Source: an uncultured Syntrophaceae bacterium
GTDB lineage: Bacteria; Desulfobacterota; Syntrophia; Syntrophales; PHBD01
Reading direction: 5' to 3'
NCBI GenBank assembly: GCA_964641935.1
Contig: CAZXMK010000001.1
Coordinates: 1 to 47,279, forward strand
DNA length: 47,279 nt
Position 1 is the stretch's first letter. Each line of letters begins with the position of its first letter. Below, piece after piece: positions 26,154 through 35,518 of this stretch. Under the pieces are notes generated by a model. It was not told the DNA's origin. It made no database searches and saw only the letters and a program-made list of their open reading frames with translations. The position numbers and the translations under genes were made by a program.

Positions 26154-26261
26154 CGTATTCTTCCTCATTTTCAGTCGATCCTTGATCGGGCAAGGAATGT
26201 AAGGATCCCATGCATTCCTCCCCCGTTTCCGGGATCGGCGGCACGGTTGTTGGACCGCGCA

Positions 26262-26528
26262 TTACTTCCGGAGACCCAGCCGGGAGATGATGCTTCGATA
26301 GCGATCCACATCGCTTTTCTTCAGGTAATCCAGCAGTCTCCGCCGCTGGCCGACAAGCTTCAAGAGCCCCCTGCGGGAATGGTGATCTTTCTGGTGCATC
26401 TTGAAATGCTCCGTCAGATACTCGATGCGGGCACTGAGGAGGGCAATCTGCACTTCCGGGGAACCGGTGTCTCCCTCATGGAGTTGGTAGCTCTTGATGA
26501 TGTCTTTTCTCTTCTCCGTATCTAACAC
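26262..26528 (-). CDS. rpsO: 30S ribosomal protein S15
   Basis: 88 aa. [51 protein letters not shown]. Confidence 0.96.
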   Translation of the reverse strand: MLDTEKRKDIIKSYQLHEGDTGSPEVQIALLSARIEYLTEHFKMHQKDHHSRRGLLKLVGQRRRLLDYLKKSDVDRYRSIISRLGLRK

Positions 26529-26546
26529 CTCTGTATCCTCCCTCTT

Positions 26547-27503
26547 TCACTGATTTCGGTCTATGCTGGACGGATGAAATACTCGCAGGAGCCTCGCCGC
26601 CTGAACATCTCCCTTTTCGGTCAACAGCTCTTCCGAAGAAAAAAGCATCTCGGCAACGGCGACCAGTTCTCCTTGCACATTCAATACTTTTATCATATCT
26701 CCGGGGGCAAGAAAAGGGATATCAACCCCCCGGAGCGCATCCACCCTGGGCTGTCCGCCATCCAGGATTCTCCCCTCCTCATTCGCGTCAACGGTAACGG
26801 CACGGGCACAGCTCCCCAAGGCTTCCGCCATGGGGATCACGGCCTCCAGCAGGGCACTCCGGGCCTCTTCCCTTGTCATGCCGTCGAAAAACACGGCATT
26901 TTCAACCGCAAATGGGCCGTTTCGAAGGCGTCGCAACTCTGTCATGCAGGCTCCGCAGCCAAGGACTTCTCCAATGTCTGCACACAGAGACCGGATATAG
27001 GTCCCTTTCGAGCATTCAACCCGCAGGGTCAGGTACGGAAGCCGAATCTCTTCGACATCGAGACGGTAGATATCCACCCATCGGGGAGGCGACGAAACGG
27101 CTTCCCCCCGCCTGGCTCTCCGGTGGAGAGGCTCCCCCTGCAGTTTGATGGCGGAGTACACGGGGGGCACCTGCCGGATCCGGCCTACGAACCGGGGGAT
27201 TGCTTCCATAACGTCTGCGGGTGAAACATGAACCTCCCGTTCTGAAAGGATCCTTCCGTCGCTGTCAAGGGTATCCGTCGTTGTCCCCAGGAGCAGCGTC
27301 GACCGGTATTCCTTGTTTCCCTCCATCAGAAAAGGGACCAGTTTTGTCGCCTCCCCCAGGCACACCGGAAGAACGCCCGTGGCAAGCGGATCCAGGGTCC
27401 CTGTATGGCCCGCTTTCCGGATGCCCAGCGTCCTCCTCACATCCTGAACGACGCGATGAGACGTCCTTCCCGCCGGCTTGTCCACGACTACGACACCATT
27501 CAT
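26547..27503 (-). CDS. truB: tRNA pseudouridine(55) synthase
   Basis: NGVVVVDKPAGRTSH ... KAGHTGTLDPLATGVLPVCLG, plus a PUA-like C-terminus. Confidence 0.92.
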   Translation of the reverse strand: MNGVVVVDKPAGRTSHRVVQDVRRTLGIRKAGHTGTLDPLATGVLPVCLGEATKLVPFLMEGNKEYRSTLLLGTTTDTLDSDGRILSEREVHVSPADVMEAIPRFVGRIRQVPPVYSAIKLQGEPLHRRARRGEAVSSPPRWVDIYRLDVEEIRLPYLTLRVECSKGTYIRSLCADIGEVLGCGACMTELRRLRNGPFAVENAVFFDGMTREEARSALLEAVIPMAEALGSCARAVTVDANEEGRILDGGQPRVDALRGVDIPFLAPGDMIKVLNVQGELVAVAEMLFSSEELLTEKGDVQAARLLRVFHPSSIDRNQ

Positions 27504-28456
27504 TCCGACAGGACCGCTTCGATCTCCTCCAGGACCCGCCGCCGGACATCCGCCAGTTCGCCCTCCAACCGGCAGGCAGCGGCATTCATGTGGCCCCCGC
27601 CGCCGAAAGACCGGGCCACCCGCTCGATATTGACCCTGCCCTTGGAGCGCAGGCTGAGCTTGTACGACCGCTCCGCGACCTCCGTGAACAAAGCGGATAC
27701 CTGCACCCCTTTGATACCCCGGGGGAAATCGACAAAGCCCTCCGTATGCTCGAAGAGCGCTCCGGAGGCGGCAAAATCGGCCAGCGTCACAACCATCAGT
27801 CCGACCTTTCCGTCGAGCTGAAACTCCATGGCCGCCATCGCCCTCGCCAGGAGCCGGATTTTTTCAAGGGGCTTGCTTTCATACACATTCTCGGAAACCC
27901 ATTGCGGATCGGCCCCTCTGGCCACCAGATCCGCCGCCGCGAACAGACTGTCCCGGCCGGTGTTGCCGTAACAGAATCCCCCCGTATCAGTCAGGATTCC
28001 CGTGTAAAGGCAGTCGGCGGCTTCCTTTGACAGGCTCCACCCCAGGGCGACCGCCAGCCGATAAAGGAGTTCGGCCGTCGAACTGGCATGGGTGTCGATG
28101 AGGAACGCATCCGTGAACCGGTCATTGGAAATGTGGTGATCGATATTGACAAGCGGACCGGCCTTGCTGATTTCCTCCCAGCGGTCTCCAACCCGGTCCA
28201 GTTCGCTGCAGTCGAGAAGAAAAACGGCATCATAAATCCGGCCGGCCGGAAGATCGAACACGACATCGCAGGAACCCGGCAGAAAGCGGTAGTTTTCCGG
28301 AATGTCGTCCTGGGAATATACAAGCGGCTCCTTCCCGGCGCTCTTCATCATATGGTAAAGCGCCAGCATGGATCCGACAGAGTCTCCATCGGGCCGGGCA
28401 TGGGCGACGACGAGAAAAGACCGTCCCCGGCGGATGATATCAAGAATCTTCTGCAT
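27500..28456 (-). CDS. nrnA: DHH/DHHA1 phosphoesterase, NrnA-like oligoribonuclease / pAp phosphatase
   Basis: AHARPDGDSVGS, NIDHHISN (the DHH motif) and the DHHA1 motif GGGGH. I prefer the start MQKILDIIRRG at 28456. Overlaps truB by 4 nt. Confidence 0.8.
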   Translation of the reverse strand: MQKILDIIRRGRSFLVVAHARPDGDSVGSMLALYHMMKSAGKEPLVYSQDDIPENYRFLPGSCDVVFDLPAGRIYDAVFLLDCSELDRVGDRWEEISKAGPLVNIDHHISNDRFTDAFLIDTHASSTAELLYRLAVALGWSLSKEAADCLYTGILTDTGGFCYGNTGRDSLFAAADLVARGADPQWVSENVYESKPLEKIRLLARAMAAMEFQLDGKVGLMVVTLADFAASGALFEHTEGFVDFPRGIKGVQVSALFTEVAERSYKLSLRSKGRVNIERVARSFGGGGHMNAAACRLEGELADVRRRVLEEIEAVLSE

Positions 28457-28814
28457 CGTGCTCCGCGTCTCTCTGATGAATCTCCCTGAGCAATCCCTCG
28501 ATCCGGCTCCCGTATGCAAAAGACGGGTCGTGCTTGAAAACGATGTCCGGCACGTAGCGAAGATGGAGCCGGTGCCCCAGCTCCCGTTTCAGAAAACCGG
28601 CGGCGCTTTCAAGTCCTTCCCAGGTCTCGGCGGCCACATTATCTTTGCCGAGTTCGACGAAGAAAATCCGAGCCAGGCGAAGATCATCCGTCACACGGAC
28701 ATCCGTGATGGTAACGGAGCCGATCCTCGGATCACGGATCTGACGGCGGAGGATCTCAGATATCTCCATCCGGATCTGGTCCGCCACCCTCTGTGCCCTC
28801 TTGAAGGGCTGCAT
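28440..28814 (-). CDS. rbfA: Ribosome-binding factor A
   Basis: MQPFKRAQRVADQIRMEISEILRRQIRDPRIGSVTITDVRVTDDLRLARIFF. Start is at Met16 of the track ORF. Confidence 0.9.
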   Translation of the reverse strand: MQPFKRAQRVADQIRMEISEILRRQIRDPRIGSVTITDVRVTDDLRLARIFFVELGKDNVAAETWEGLESAAGFLKRELGHRLHLRYVPDIVFKHDPSFAYGSRIEGLLREIHQRDAEHDAEDS

Positions 28815-29139
28815 ATTTCCGCTCCTCGTAGAGTGCGGGGGACATCCGCTCCGACACACTGGTTATTTCGATCATGGTCTGCAGAATTTCGGCCAGTTGC
28901 TGTTCCTGGATGAAATTCAGCACCATGTCGATCTTCCGGTTCACATATGCCCGATCGTTGCCGACGATGCTGAACCCGATTCTCGCCCGCCCCCACAAAT
29001 CCTGCAGGCCCACCTCGGCGATGGATATATTGAACGTATTCTGCGTTCTCTTGAGGATCCGGTTCAGGACTCCCCGTTTGTCCTTGAGGGACCGGCTGTC
29101 GGGAATCAGGATTTCCAGGATTCCGGATCCGATGACCAT
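28756..29139 (-). CDS. DUF503 (YlxP-like) protein
   Basis: MVIGSGILEILIPDSRSLKDKRGVLNRILKRTQNTFNISIAEVG matches DUF503. It sits between infB and rbfA, as in many bacteria. Its C-terminal tail overlaps rbfA by 59 nt. Confidence 0.75.
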   Translation of the reverse strand: MVIGSGILEILIPDSRSLKDKRGVLNRILKRTQNTFNISIAEVGLQDLWGRARIGFSIVGNDRAYVNRKIDMVLNFIQEQQLAEILQTMIEITSVSERMSPALYEERKYAALQEGTEGGGPDPDGDI

Positions 29140-29181
29140 CTTCGTTCCTGTCGTCGGGAATGTTTTCCTGGCCGTGTCTTC

Positions 29182-31851
29182 CTACAGTTTCCGCTCGACC
29201 CGCTCCTTCACGTAGGCTTCGATTACATCCCCTTCCCGAAGGTCATTGAAGTTTTCGATGCCAATGCCGCAGTCGTATCCGCTCTGTACTTCGCGGACAT
29301 CGTCCTTCAGCCGCTTGAGGGAAGCGAATCGGCCGTCGTAAAGAACAACCCCCTGCCTCAGAAGCCGCAATTGCGCGTTTCGGGATATCTTGCCGTCCAA
29401 AACATGGCTGCCGGCGATCGTTCCCACCTTCGGAATCCGGAAGAGCTGGCGTACCTCCGCATGCCCCTGGACCACGTCCCGGAACTCGGGCTCCAGGAGT
29501 CCTTCCATGGCCGCCCTCATATCGGCGATAACATTGTAGATGATGTCGTAAGGTTTGATCTCGACGCCTTCGTTTTCCGCGAGTTCGGCAACCCGCGCAT
29601 CGGGCCGGACATTGAAACCGATGATGATGGCATTGGAAGCAGAGGCCAGCATGACGTCCGTCTCCGTCACGGTGCCGGTGGAGCTGTGAATGATCTTGAC
29701 CTTGATTTCATCCGTCCCGAGCTTGTTGAGCGCGTCCGCCAGGGCCTCGACGGATCCCTGGACATCGGCCTTCAGGATGACGTTGAGTTCTTTCACGCCT
29801 TCCTTCATCCTTTGATATAACTGCTCCAGTGTGATCTTGGACGTGGAGGAAAGTTCTCTCTCCCGTTCCTTGCGCAACCAGTATTCGCTGATGCCTTTGG
29901 CCTTCTTCTCGTCTTCGACGCACACAAACTCTGCCCCTACGTGGGGAACGCCGGAAAAACCGATGACAACAACGGGCATGGAGGGTGGGGCTTCCTTCAC
30001 CCGGCGTCCCTGGTCGTCGATCATAGCCCGGACCCGTCCGAATTCCGTCCGGGAAACAAAGGTGTCCCCTTCTTTCAGCGTGCCTTCCTGAATCAGGACG
30101 GTCGCCACGGGCCCGCGTCCACGGTCGAGCGTTGACTCGATGATAATACCCCGGGCCGACTGATCCGGATCGGCTTTCAGTTCCAGAACGTCCGCCTGGA
30201 GAAGAATCATTTCCAGGAGTTCCTCGATACCCTCCTGTTTTTTCGCGGATACTTCCGAGAAGATCGTATCCCCGCCCCATTCCTCTGAAACCAGGTTGTA
30301 TTCCGTCAGCCCCTGTTTGATCCGCGCAATATCGGCATTCGGCTTGTCGATCTTGTTGATGGCCACCATGATGGGAACGCCGGCGGACCGGGCATGATTG
30401 ATGGCCTCCACGGTCTGTTCCATGACGCCGTCGTCGGCGGCAACCACGAGAACAACGATGTCCGTAACCTGGGCTCCACGGGCGCGCATGGCAGTAAACG
30501 CTTCGTGGCCGGGCGTGTCCAGGAATACGATGTCCCGGTCCTTGATGTGGACGTGATAGGCACCGATCGCCTGGGTGATTCCGCCTGCCTCTCCATCAAT
30601 CACGTTGGTCTGGCGAATCGCATCCAGGAGAGACGTCTTTCCGTGATCGACGTGCCCCATGATCGTCACGACAGGGGCCCGCGGCTTCAGATTCGCCGGA
30701 GCCGTCTCGGGACGCTGAATGGTTTCATCGTAATCAAAAGCGGCCGCTTCCACTTGATATCCGAAGTCACCTGCAATCAGCGCCGCCGTGTCGAAGTCGA
30801 TGGACTGATTGATCCCCGCCATCAGCCCCAACCCCATCAGCTTGTTGATGACTTCGCTGGCCTTGACGCCCATTTTCTTTGCCAGCTCCCCGACGGTGAT
30901 GGCTTCCATCACCTTGATCCGCCGCTTGCTTGCCTTGGGAACCGTGATCTGGGGCTTCTGCATGCGGACAACGGTGGCTTTCTTTTCATCGCGCCAGCGT
31001 GATGCCCGTTCATCAAGTTCCAGTTCCTGCCGGATGTCCCGCCGGTCAAGGGACTTACGAGCCATGGACTTCTTCTTCAGACCCGGCTGTTCGCCCATGA
31101 CCACTTCAATGGTCTTTTTCTTCTTGTCGGCGACCCATTTCGGTTTCTTGTCCGGTGCCCCGCCCGCTGGGGGAGCCGCCGGGGGAACATCCCTCGTCAC
31201 TTTGAGATCGGGCCTGCGGGGCGCTTCTTTTCGTGCTCCCGGTGCGGCAGGGGCCTGCCTCGGCGGAACCGGTTCCCGCCTCACAAACGGCTTTCGGATC
31301 TCACCTGGGGCGGGCCTGGAAATAACCGTGGCAGTCGTGCCGCGGGAGGGAATCTCCGGAGGCTTTTCCGGCTTCTTTTCCCCCACCGGAGGAGCGGCCG
31401 GCTCCGTGGCTGCAGGCAAGGGTTCCGGAAGCGGTTCGGCTTCCTTTTCAAGCGGCTCCGGCGGTGTGGCTGGTGCAGCCGCAGATTGCCGCGGTTCGGC
31501 GGGCTCCGGCACGGCCGCTGCGGGCACTTCATCTGCTTCTGCTTCTGCTTCTGCTTCCGCTTCCACTCCAGCTTCCGCTTCCACAGCCGTTTGCTCGGAC
31601 ACTGCAGCAGGTTCCTCTTCCGCAGCCGTTCGTATCGCACGTCGCCGGATCACGGTCGACTTGATCCGCTGCTCCACAACCTCCCGAGGCTCCGGCGCCA
31701 GCAATTCTTTCTGGATCCTCTCCAGGTCCGCCTCCTCGAGCGTGCTCGAGTGAGATTTCACGATGACACCGATCTTTTCAAGGCGGGAAATGAGCTCTTT
31801 GTTGTCCAGGCCCAGTTCCTTCGCCAGCTCGTATACCCTCTTCTTCGACAT
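29182..31851 (-). CDS. infB: Translation initiation factor IF-2
   Basis: GTPase motifs [17 protein letters not shown] and NKID, plus the conserved C-terminal domains. The start [14 protein letters not shown] has GGAGGAAG upstream. The N-terminal region is Pro/Ala/Glu-rich and low-complexity. Confidence 0.97.
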   Translation of the reverse strand: MSKKRVYELAKELGLDNKELISRLEKIGVIVKSHSSTLEEADLERIQKELLAPEPREVVEQRIKSTVIRRRAIRTAAEEEPAAVSEQTAVEAEAGVEAEAEAEAEADEVPAAAVPEPAEPRQSAAAPATPPEPLEKEAEPLPEPLPAATEPAAPPVGEKKPEKPPEIPSRGTTATVISRPAPGEIRKPFVRREPVPPRQAPAAPGARKEAPRRPDLKVTRDVPPAAPPAGGAPDKKPKWVADKKKKTIEVVMGEQPGLKKKSMARKSLDRRDIRQELELDERASRWRDEKKATVVRMQKPQITVPKASKRRIKVMEAITVGELAKKMGVKASEVINKLMGLGLMAGINQSIDFDTAALIAGDFGYQVEAAAFDYDETIQRPETAPANLKPRAPVVTIMGHVDHGKTSLLDAIRQTNVIDGEAGGITQAIGAYHVHIKDRDIVFLDTPGHEAFTAMRARGAQVTDIVVLVVAADDGVMEQTVEAINHARSAGVPIMVAINKIDKPNADIARIKQGLTEYNLVSEEWGGDTIFSEVSAKKQEGIEELLEMILLQADVLELKADPDQSARGIIIESTLDRGRGPVATVLIQEGTLKEGDTFVSRTEFGRVRAMIDDQGRRVKEAPPSMPVVVIGFSGVPHVGAEFVCVEDEKKAKGISEYWLRKERERELSSTSKITLEQLYQRMKEGVKELNVILKADVQGSVEALADALNKLGTDEIKVKIIHSSTGTVTETDVMLASASNAIIIGFNVRPDARVAELAENEGVEIKPYDIIYNVIADMRAAMEGLLEPEFRDVVQGHAEVRQLFRIPKVGTIAGSHVLDGKISRNAQLRLLRQGVVLYDGRFASLKRLKDDVREVQSGYDCGIGIENFNDLREGDVIEAYVKERVERKL
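31535..31582. repeat. Hexanucleotide tandem repeat inside infB
   Basis: The plus strand reads GCTTCT x3, GCTTCC x2, ACTCCA, GCTTCC x2. It encodes [16 protein letters not shown] in the IF-2 N-terminal linker. Confidence 0.9.
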
Positions 31852-31906
31852 CCCGACTTCCTCCGACGAAGTCCAAACAGAGGAAAACACCCTGTTGGGT
31901 CTTTGA

Positions 31907-33169
31907 TCACTCGCTTTTTCCGGCGACAGTACCCTGCGTGATCATCCTTCCCGCTTCTTCAATCCATTGGGCCACCACTTGAACATCCATACCGGGCAGC
32001 GCGGAGATCGCCTCCGGATCCGCGGCAGCCAGAGCCGCCACGGTCTTGAAACCGTGTTCATAAAGCTGTTCCGCCCGCTCTTCGCTCATCCCGGGAATCC
32101 CCATCAACTCCTTGTGTCCCGGATCCTCCTGGGAAGAAATAAGCGCTTCCGTCTTCACATCGATTTTCCAGCCCGTCAGTTTGACGGCCAGCCGAACATT
32201 CTGCCCGTTCTTGCCGATGGCCAGGGAAAGCTGATCATCAGGAACGATGATCTCCATGGCACGGTTTTCCTCGTCCATGAGCACTTTTTCCACCTTGGCC
32301 GGAGACAGGGCGCTGCAGACGAACTTGACCGGATCTTCGGAGTACGGAACAATATCAATTTTCTCGCCCCGCAGTTCCTGAACCACGCTCTGCACGCGGG
32401 ATCCCCTCATGCCGACGCAGGCACCCACCGGATCGATATCCTTGTCCTTGGTGCGCACGGCGATTTTCGCCCGTTTCCCGGGTTCTCTCGCCACATTGAC
32501 CAGTTCAATGAGTCCCTCGGAGATTTCCGGAACCTCGACCTCGAACAGTGCCCGCAGGAACCCGGGATGGGTCCTCGAGAGAATGATCTGCGGCCCTTTT
32601 GTAATCCGCTTCACTTCCAGGATATAGGCACGAATCCGCTCCCCCCGCTTGTACACTTCCTTGAAGATCTGTTCGGATACGGGAATCACGCCCTCCGCCC
32701 GGCCAAGGTTTACAATGATGGATCCTCCCTCGAACCGCTGGACAAATCCGTTGATCAGTTCCCCTTTCCGGTCCTTGTATTCATCATAGATGTTATCCCG
32801 TTCTGCATCCTTGACCCGTTGGATGATGATCTGCTTGGCCGTCTGAACGGCGATTCTTCCGAAGGTGCTTGTATCGATCTTGATTCCCAGGCTGTCCCCG
32901 GGCTCCGCCTCCTCGTCGAGCGTCTGCCGCGCTTCGTCCAGCAGGATATGAAGATCCGGATCGAGGATCTTGTCCACAACCATCTTGAACTGGAAAACCT
33001 CCACCTCGCCGGCTTCATCGTTATAGTGAGCCTCGATCTCCACGTGGGGACCCAGCTTCTTGCGCGCTGCCGTCAGCATCGCCGCCTCCAGGGCCTCGAT
33101 GATGATCTGCTTGTCGATTCCCCGGTCTTTCCCCATCTGTTCGATCAGTCGTTTCAACTCCGGCAACAT
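31907..33169 (-). CDS. nusA: Transcription termination/antitermination factor NusA
   Basis: I prefer the start [31 protein letters not shown], which has GGAGG upstream. S1, KH1 and KH2 domains are present ([26 protein letters not shown]). Confidence 0.95.
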   Translation of the reverse strand: MLPELKRLIEQMGKDRGIDKQIIIEALEAAMLTAARKKLGPHVEIEAHYNDEAGEVEVFQFKMVVDKILDPDLHILLDEARQTLDEEAEPGDSLGIKIDTSTFGRIAVQTAKQIIIQRVKDAERDNIYDEYKDRKGELINGFVQRFEGGSIIVNLGRAEGVIPVSEQIFKEVYKRGERIRAYILEVKRITKGPQIILSRTHPGFLRALFEVEVPEISEGLIELVNVAREPGKRAKIAVRTKDKDIDPVGACVGMRGSRVQSVVQELRGEKIDIVPYSEDPVKFVCSALSPAKVEKVLMDEENRAMEIIVPDDQLSLAIGKNGQNVRLAVKLTGWKIDVKTEALISSQEDPGHKELMGIPGMSEERAEQLYEHGFKTVAALAAADPEAISALPGMDVQVVAQWIEEAGRMITQGTVAGKSE

Positions 33170-33322
33170 GAACGTTCCTCCGCTTACAAAATATGGCTCG
33201 TCACCAGGCACGCGATCAGGACGGATGGCATGCCATTCGTCTGCCCCGGGCACCCGCCGGTGGCTGCCGTTTCCAAGTCTGTGCACCGATCCGGAGACGA
33301 CGGGTGCCGCCCCGGCTGCGAC

Positions 33323-33862
33323 TCAGTGACGGGTTTTCCTCTTTCCCTTTCGGGGGACCTCCGTACGACGGGTCTCTCCCTCAACATCAATAAGGTTTGC
33401 CTTCACAACGGCTTTTCTCGGGATGCGCCGGACCGCACCGTCAACCTCCACCAGGAGCATCCTCTCCGCCTCTCCGGCATCGTACTCCAGGAGGGTTCCA
33501 CGGACATTCCTCCGCCCCTCCAGCGAACCGTCCAGCCTCAACATCACCGGGCTTCCGCAAAAGCGGGCAAAGTCGCTGTCCCGGAACAGAGGCCGGTTCG
33601 GACCGGGCGAGGAGACCTCCAGCGTGTAAGGCCCCGGCGGCAGATCGTGGACCTCCAGGAGATCCCCCAGCACATGGCTGACCCGTGTGCAGTCATCCAA
33701 GGTGACGCCCCCGGTCTTGTCCAGAAAAATCCGGACGATCCAGCGGGTCTTCATACGGATGCACTCGACGTGGATCAATTCCACGCCCTCCGCATCCGCG
33801 GTGGGTTCCGCCAGATTCCAGATCGCTTCCTCGATGGACCTTCCGGTCGGGCCGTTTTCCAT
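33323..33862 (-). CDS. rimP: Ribosome maturation factor RimP
   Basis: AEPTADAEGVELIHVECIR ... LEVSSPGPNRPL. I chose ATG 33862 because the longer track ORF would read through a strong terminator hairpin at 33870-33894. Confidence 0.85.
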   Translation of the reverse strand: MENGPTGRSIEEAIWNLAEPTADAEGVELIHVECIRMKTRWIVRIFLDKTGGVTLDDCTRVSHVLGDLLEVHDLPPGPYTLEVSSPGPNRPLFRDSDFARFCGSPVMLRLDGSLEGRRNVRGTLLEYDAGEAERMLLVEVDGAVRRIPRKAVVKANLIDVEGETRRTEVPRKGKRKTRH

Positions 33863-33869
33863 TGCTTTG

Positions 33870-33894
33870 AAAAAAAAAGTGGGCTCAGGCCCAC
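33870..33894 (-). terminator. Strong rho-independent terminator/attenuator between tRNA-Gly and rimP
   Basis: The minus strand reads GTGGGC-CTGA-GCCCAC followed by T9. It ends 8 nt before the rimP ATG. Confidence 0.8.
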
Positions 33895-34028
33895 TCATCA
33901 GAAATCCACGATGATCTGGCGGGGCGGTAACATATCCAAACCGCAATTACAAGTGTTTTTTTCGGCAGGAAGCCCGGATTTGCCCCGAGTACAGGGGCTG
34001 GAGACACCCCATGAAGGAAGGAAATCAA

Positions 34029-34103
34029 TGGAGCGGGCGATGGGAATCGAACCCACGACGTTCAGCTTGGGAAGCTGACATTCTACCTCTGAATTACGCC
34101 CGC
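34029..34103 (-). tRNA. tRNA-Gly (anticodon CCC), CCA encoded
   Basis: Hand fold: acceptor GCGGGCG/CGCCCGC, D stem AUUC/GAAU, anticodon stem UCAGC/GCUGA with loop UUCCCAA, T arm GUGGG-UUCGAUU-CCCAU, discriminator U, 3' CCA. Total 75 nt. Confidence 0.92.
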
Positions 34104-34200
34104 CCTCGATGATTCCTGATGTTGAATGGGAGCGCCATCCTAATGGAGACCGTTTTTTTTATCAAGGGTTTTTTCCCGTTGTATTCTTTTCAAGGACCGA

Positions 34201-35517
34201 TTATCGGGAGTCCGGATCACCGGACGAAGTCCCTTCCATCCGGACGGATGCGGCCAACTCGTGTCCCGTCAGTCCCTCCATCGCCGCAAAGGTCGCAACC
34301 GAAGCTCCGTATCGACCGAAGGCCTCCGGCGAGAACTGGATAATGCTTGTCCGTTTGAGGAAATCGTACACACCCAGCGGAGACGAGAAGCGGGCCGTTC
34401 CGCCGGTAGGCAGGATGTGGTTCGGACCGGCGAGATAATCCCCGATCGCCTCGGGTGCGTGCGCCCCCAGGAAGATGGAGCCGGCATGCCGGAACCGGGG
34501 CAGGATGTTCCGGGGATTCTCCACCATCAACTCCAGGTGCTCCGGCGCGAACCGGTTGGCGACGTCCGCCGCCTCCTCCAGGTCCTTCACCAGGATGATC
34601 GCACCGTACCGCTCCATGGACCGCGTCAGGATCTCTCTCCTGGACATGCCGCTCACCAGCCGATCCACCTCAGCCGCCACCCGGGCCGCATAAGCCGAGT
34701 CGGGCGTAACCAGGACCGCGCTGGCCGATTCATCATGCTCCGCCTGGGCGATGAGGTCCGCGGCGGCGAATGCCGCGGGGGCGCTGCCGTCGGCGACGAT
34801 CAGAACCTCGCTGGGTCCGGCGATCATGTCGATGGAGACCTCCCCGAAGACGATCCGCTTGGCGGCGGCCACATATGCATTGCCGGGCCCCACGATCTTG
34901 TCGACCCGCGGCACTGAGGCGGTCCCGTACGCCAGAGCCGCAATGGCCTGCGCTCCTCCGATTTTGAGGATGCGCATGACCCCGCAGAGCTTCGCCGCAG
35001 CGGCGATCAGGGGGTGAAGGCGCCCATCCCGGACCGGAGAGGCGAGCAGAATCTCCTTCACCCCGGCGATCCTGGCAGGGATCGTGGCCATCAGCACCGT
35101 CGACGGATAGGCCGCGAGTCCTCCGGGGGCATAGACGCCCACCCGGTCCAGCGGAAGAACCCGCTGTTCCAGGAGCACGCCCTCCTCATCATCGATCCGC
35201 CAGTCCGGAAAAACCTGTCTCCTGTGATATCGCTCGATTCGCCCGGCGCTCAGGCGAAGGATTTCCCATTCCCGCGGGGAGACGGCGGACAGCGCGGTTT
35301 CAATCTCCGCCGGCGAAGCCTCAACCGCGCCCGGAGAAAGATGACAGCCGTCGAATTGCCTCGTATAGGCGAAAAGCGCTTCGTCGCCCCGGTCGGCCAC
35401 ATCCCGAACGATGCGGGACGTCGTGTTCCAGAGATCCTCGTCGAAGACCCGACCCCGTCCCGCGATCTGCCGGAACACCTCTTCAAACCGGGAATCGCCT
35501 GTGCGGATGATCCTCAT
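34201..35517 (-). CDS. hisD: Histidinol dehydrogenase
   Basis: 438 aa. YAPGGLAAYPSTVLM ... IVGPGNAYVAAAKR ... AGPSEVLIVAD ... QAEHDE. Confidence 0.95.
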   Translation of the reverse strand: MRIIRTGDSRFEEVFRQIAGRGRVFDEDLWNTTSRIVRDVADRGDEALFAYTRQFDGCHLSPGAVEASPAEIETALSAVSPREWEILRLSAGRIERYHRRQVFPDWRIDDEEGVLLEQRVLPLDRVGVYAPGGLAAYPSTVLMATIPARIAGVKEILLASPVRDGRLHPLIAAAAKLCGVMRILKIGGAQAIAALAYGTASVPRVDKIVGPGNAYVAAAKRIVFGEVSIDMIAGPSEVLIVADGSAPAAFAAADLIAQAEHDESASAVLVTPDSAYAARVAAEVDRLVSGMSRREILTRSMERYGAIILVKDLEEAADVANRFAPEHLELMVENPRNILPRFRHAGSIFLGAHAPEAIGDYLAGPNHILPTGGTARFSSPLGVYDFLKRTSIIQFSPEAFGRYGASVATFAAMEGLTGHELAASVRMEGTSSGDPDSR

Positions 35518-35518
35518 C

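Noticed and set aside
33863-33946. The N-terminal extension of the rimP ORF (track start 33946, or Met17 at 33898).
   Set aside because: It would translate through a perfect terminator hairpin plus T9 (33870-33894). The RimP family N-terminus aligns with the Met at 33862.
31967-34078. A 703-aa plus-strand ORF. Similar long ORFs are 270..1271+, 17973..19085+, 21079..22140+, 28801..29820+, 30809..31753+, 35411..36679+, 37609..39012+, 41376..42467+, 10926..11603-, 45475..46107- and 46258..47142-.
   Set aside because: Each lies antisense to, or out of frame with, a gene that has unmistakable family motifs (nusA/rimP, hbd, pilO/P, DUF39, infB, murA, prfA, rluD, pilW, def, the decarboxylase). Their translations are Arg/Pro/Gly-rich with no recognisable motifs, as expected for shadow ORFs in about 58% GC DNA.
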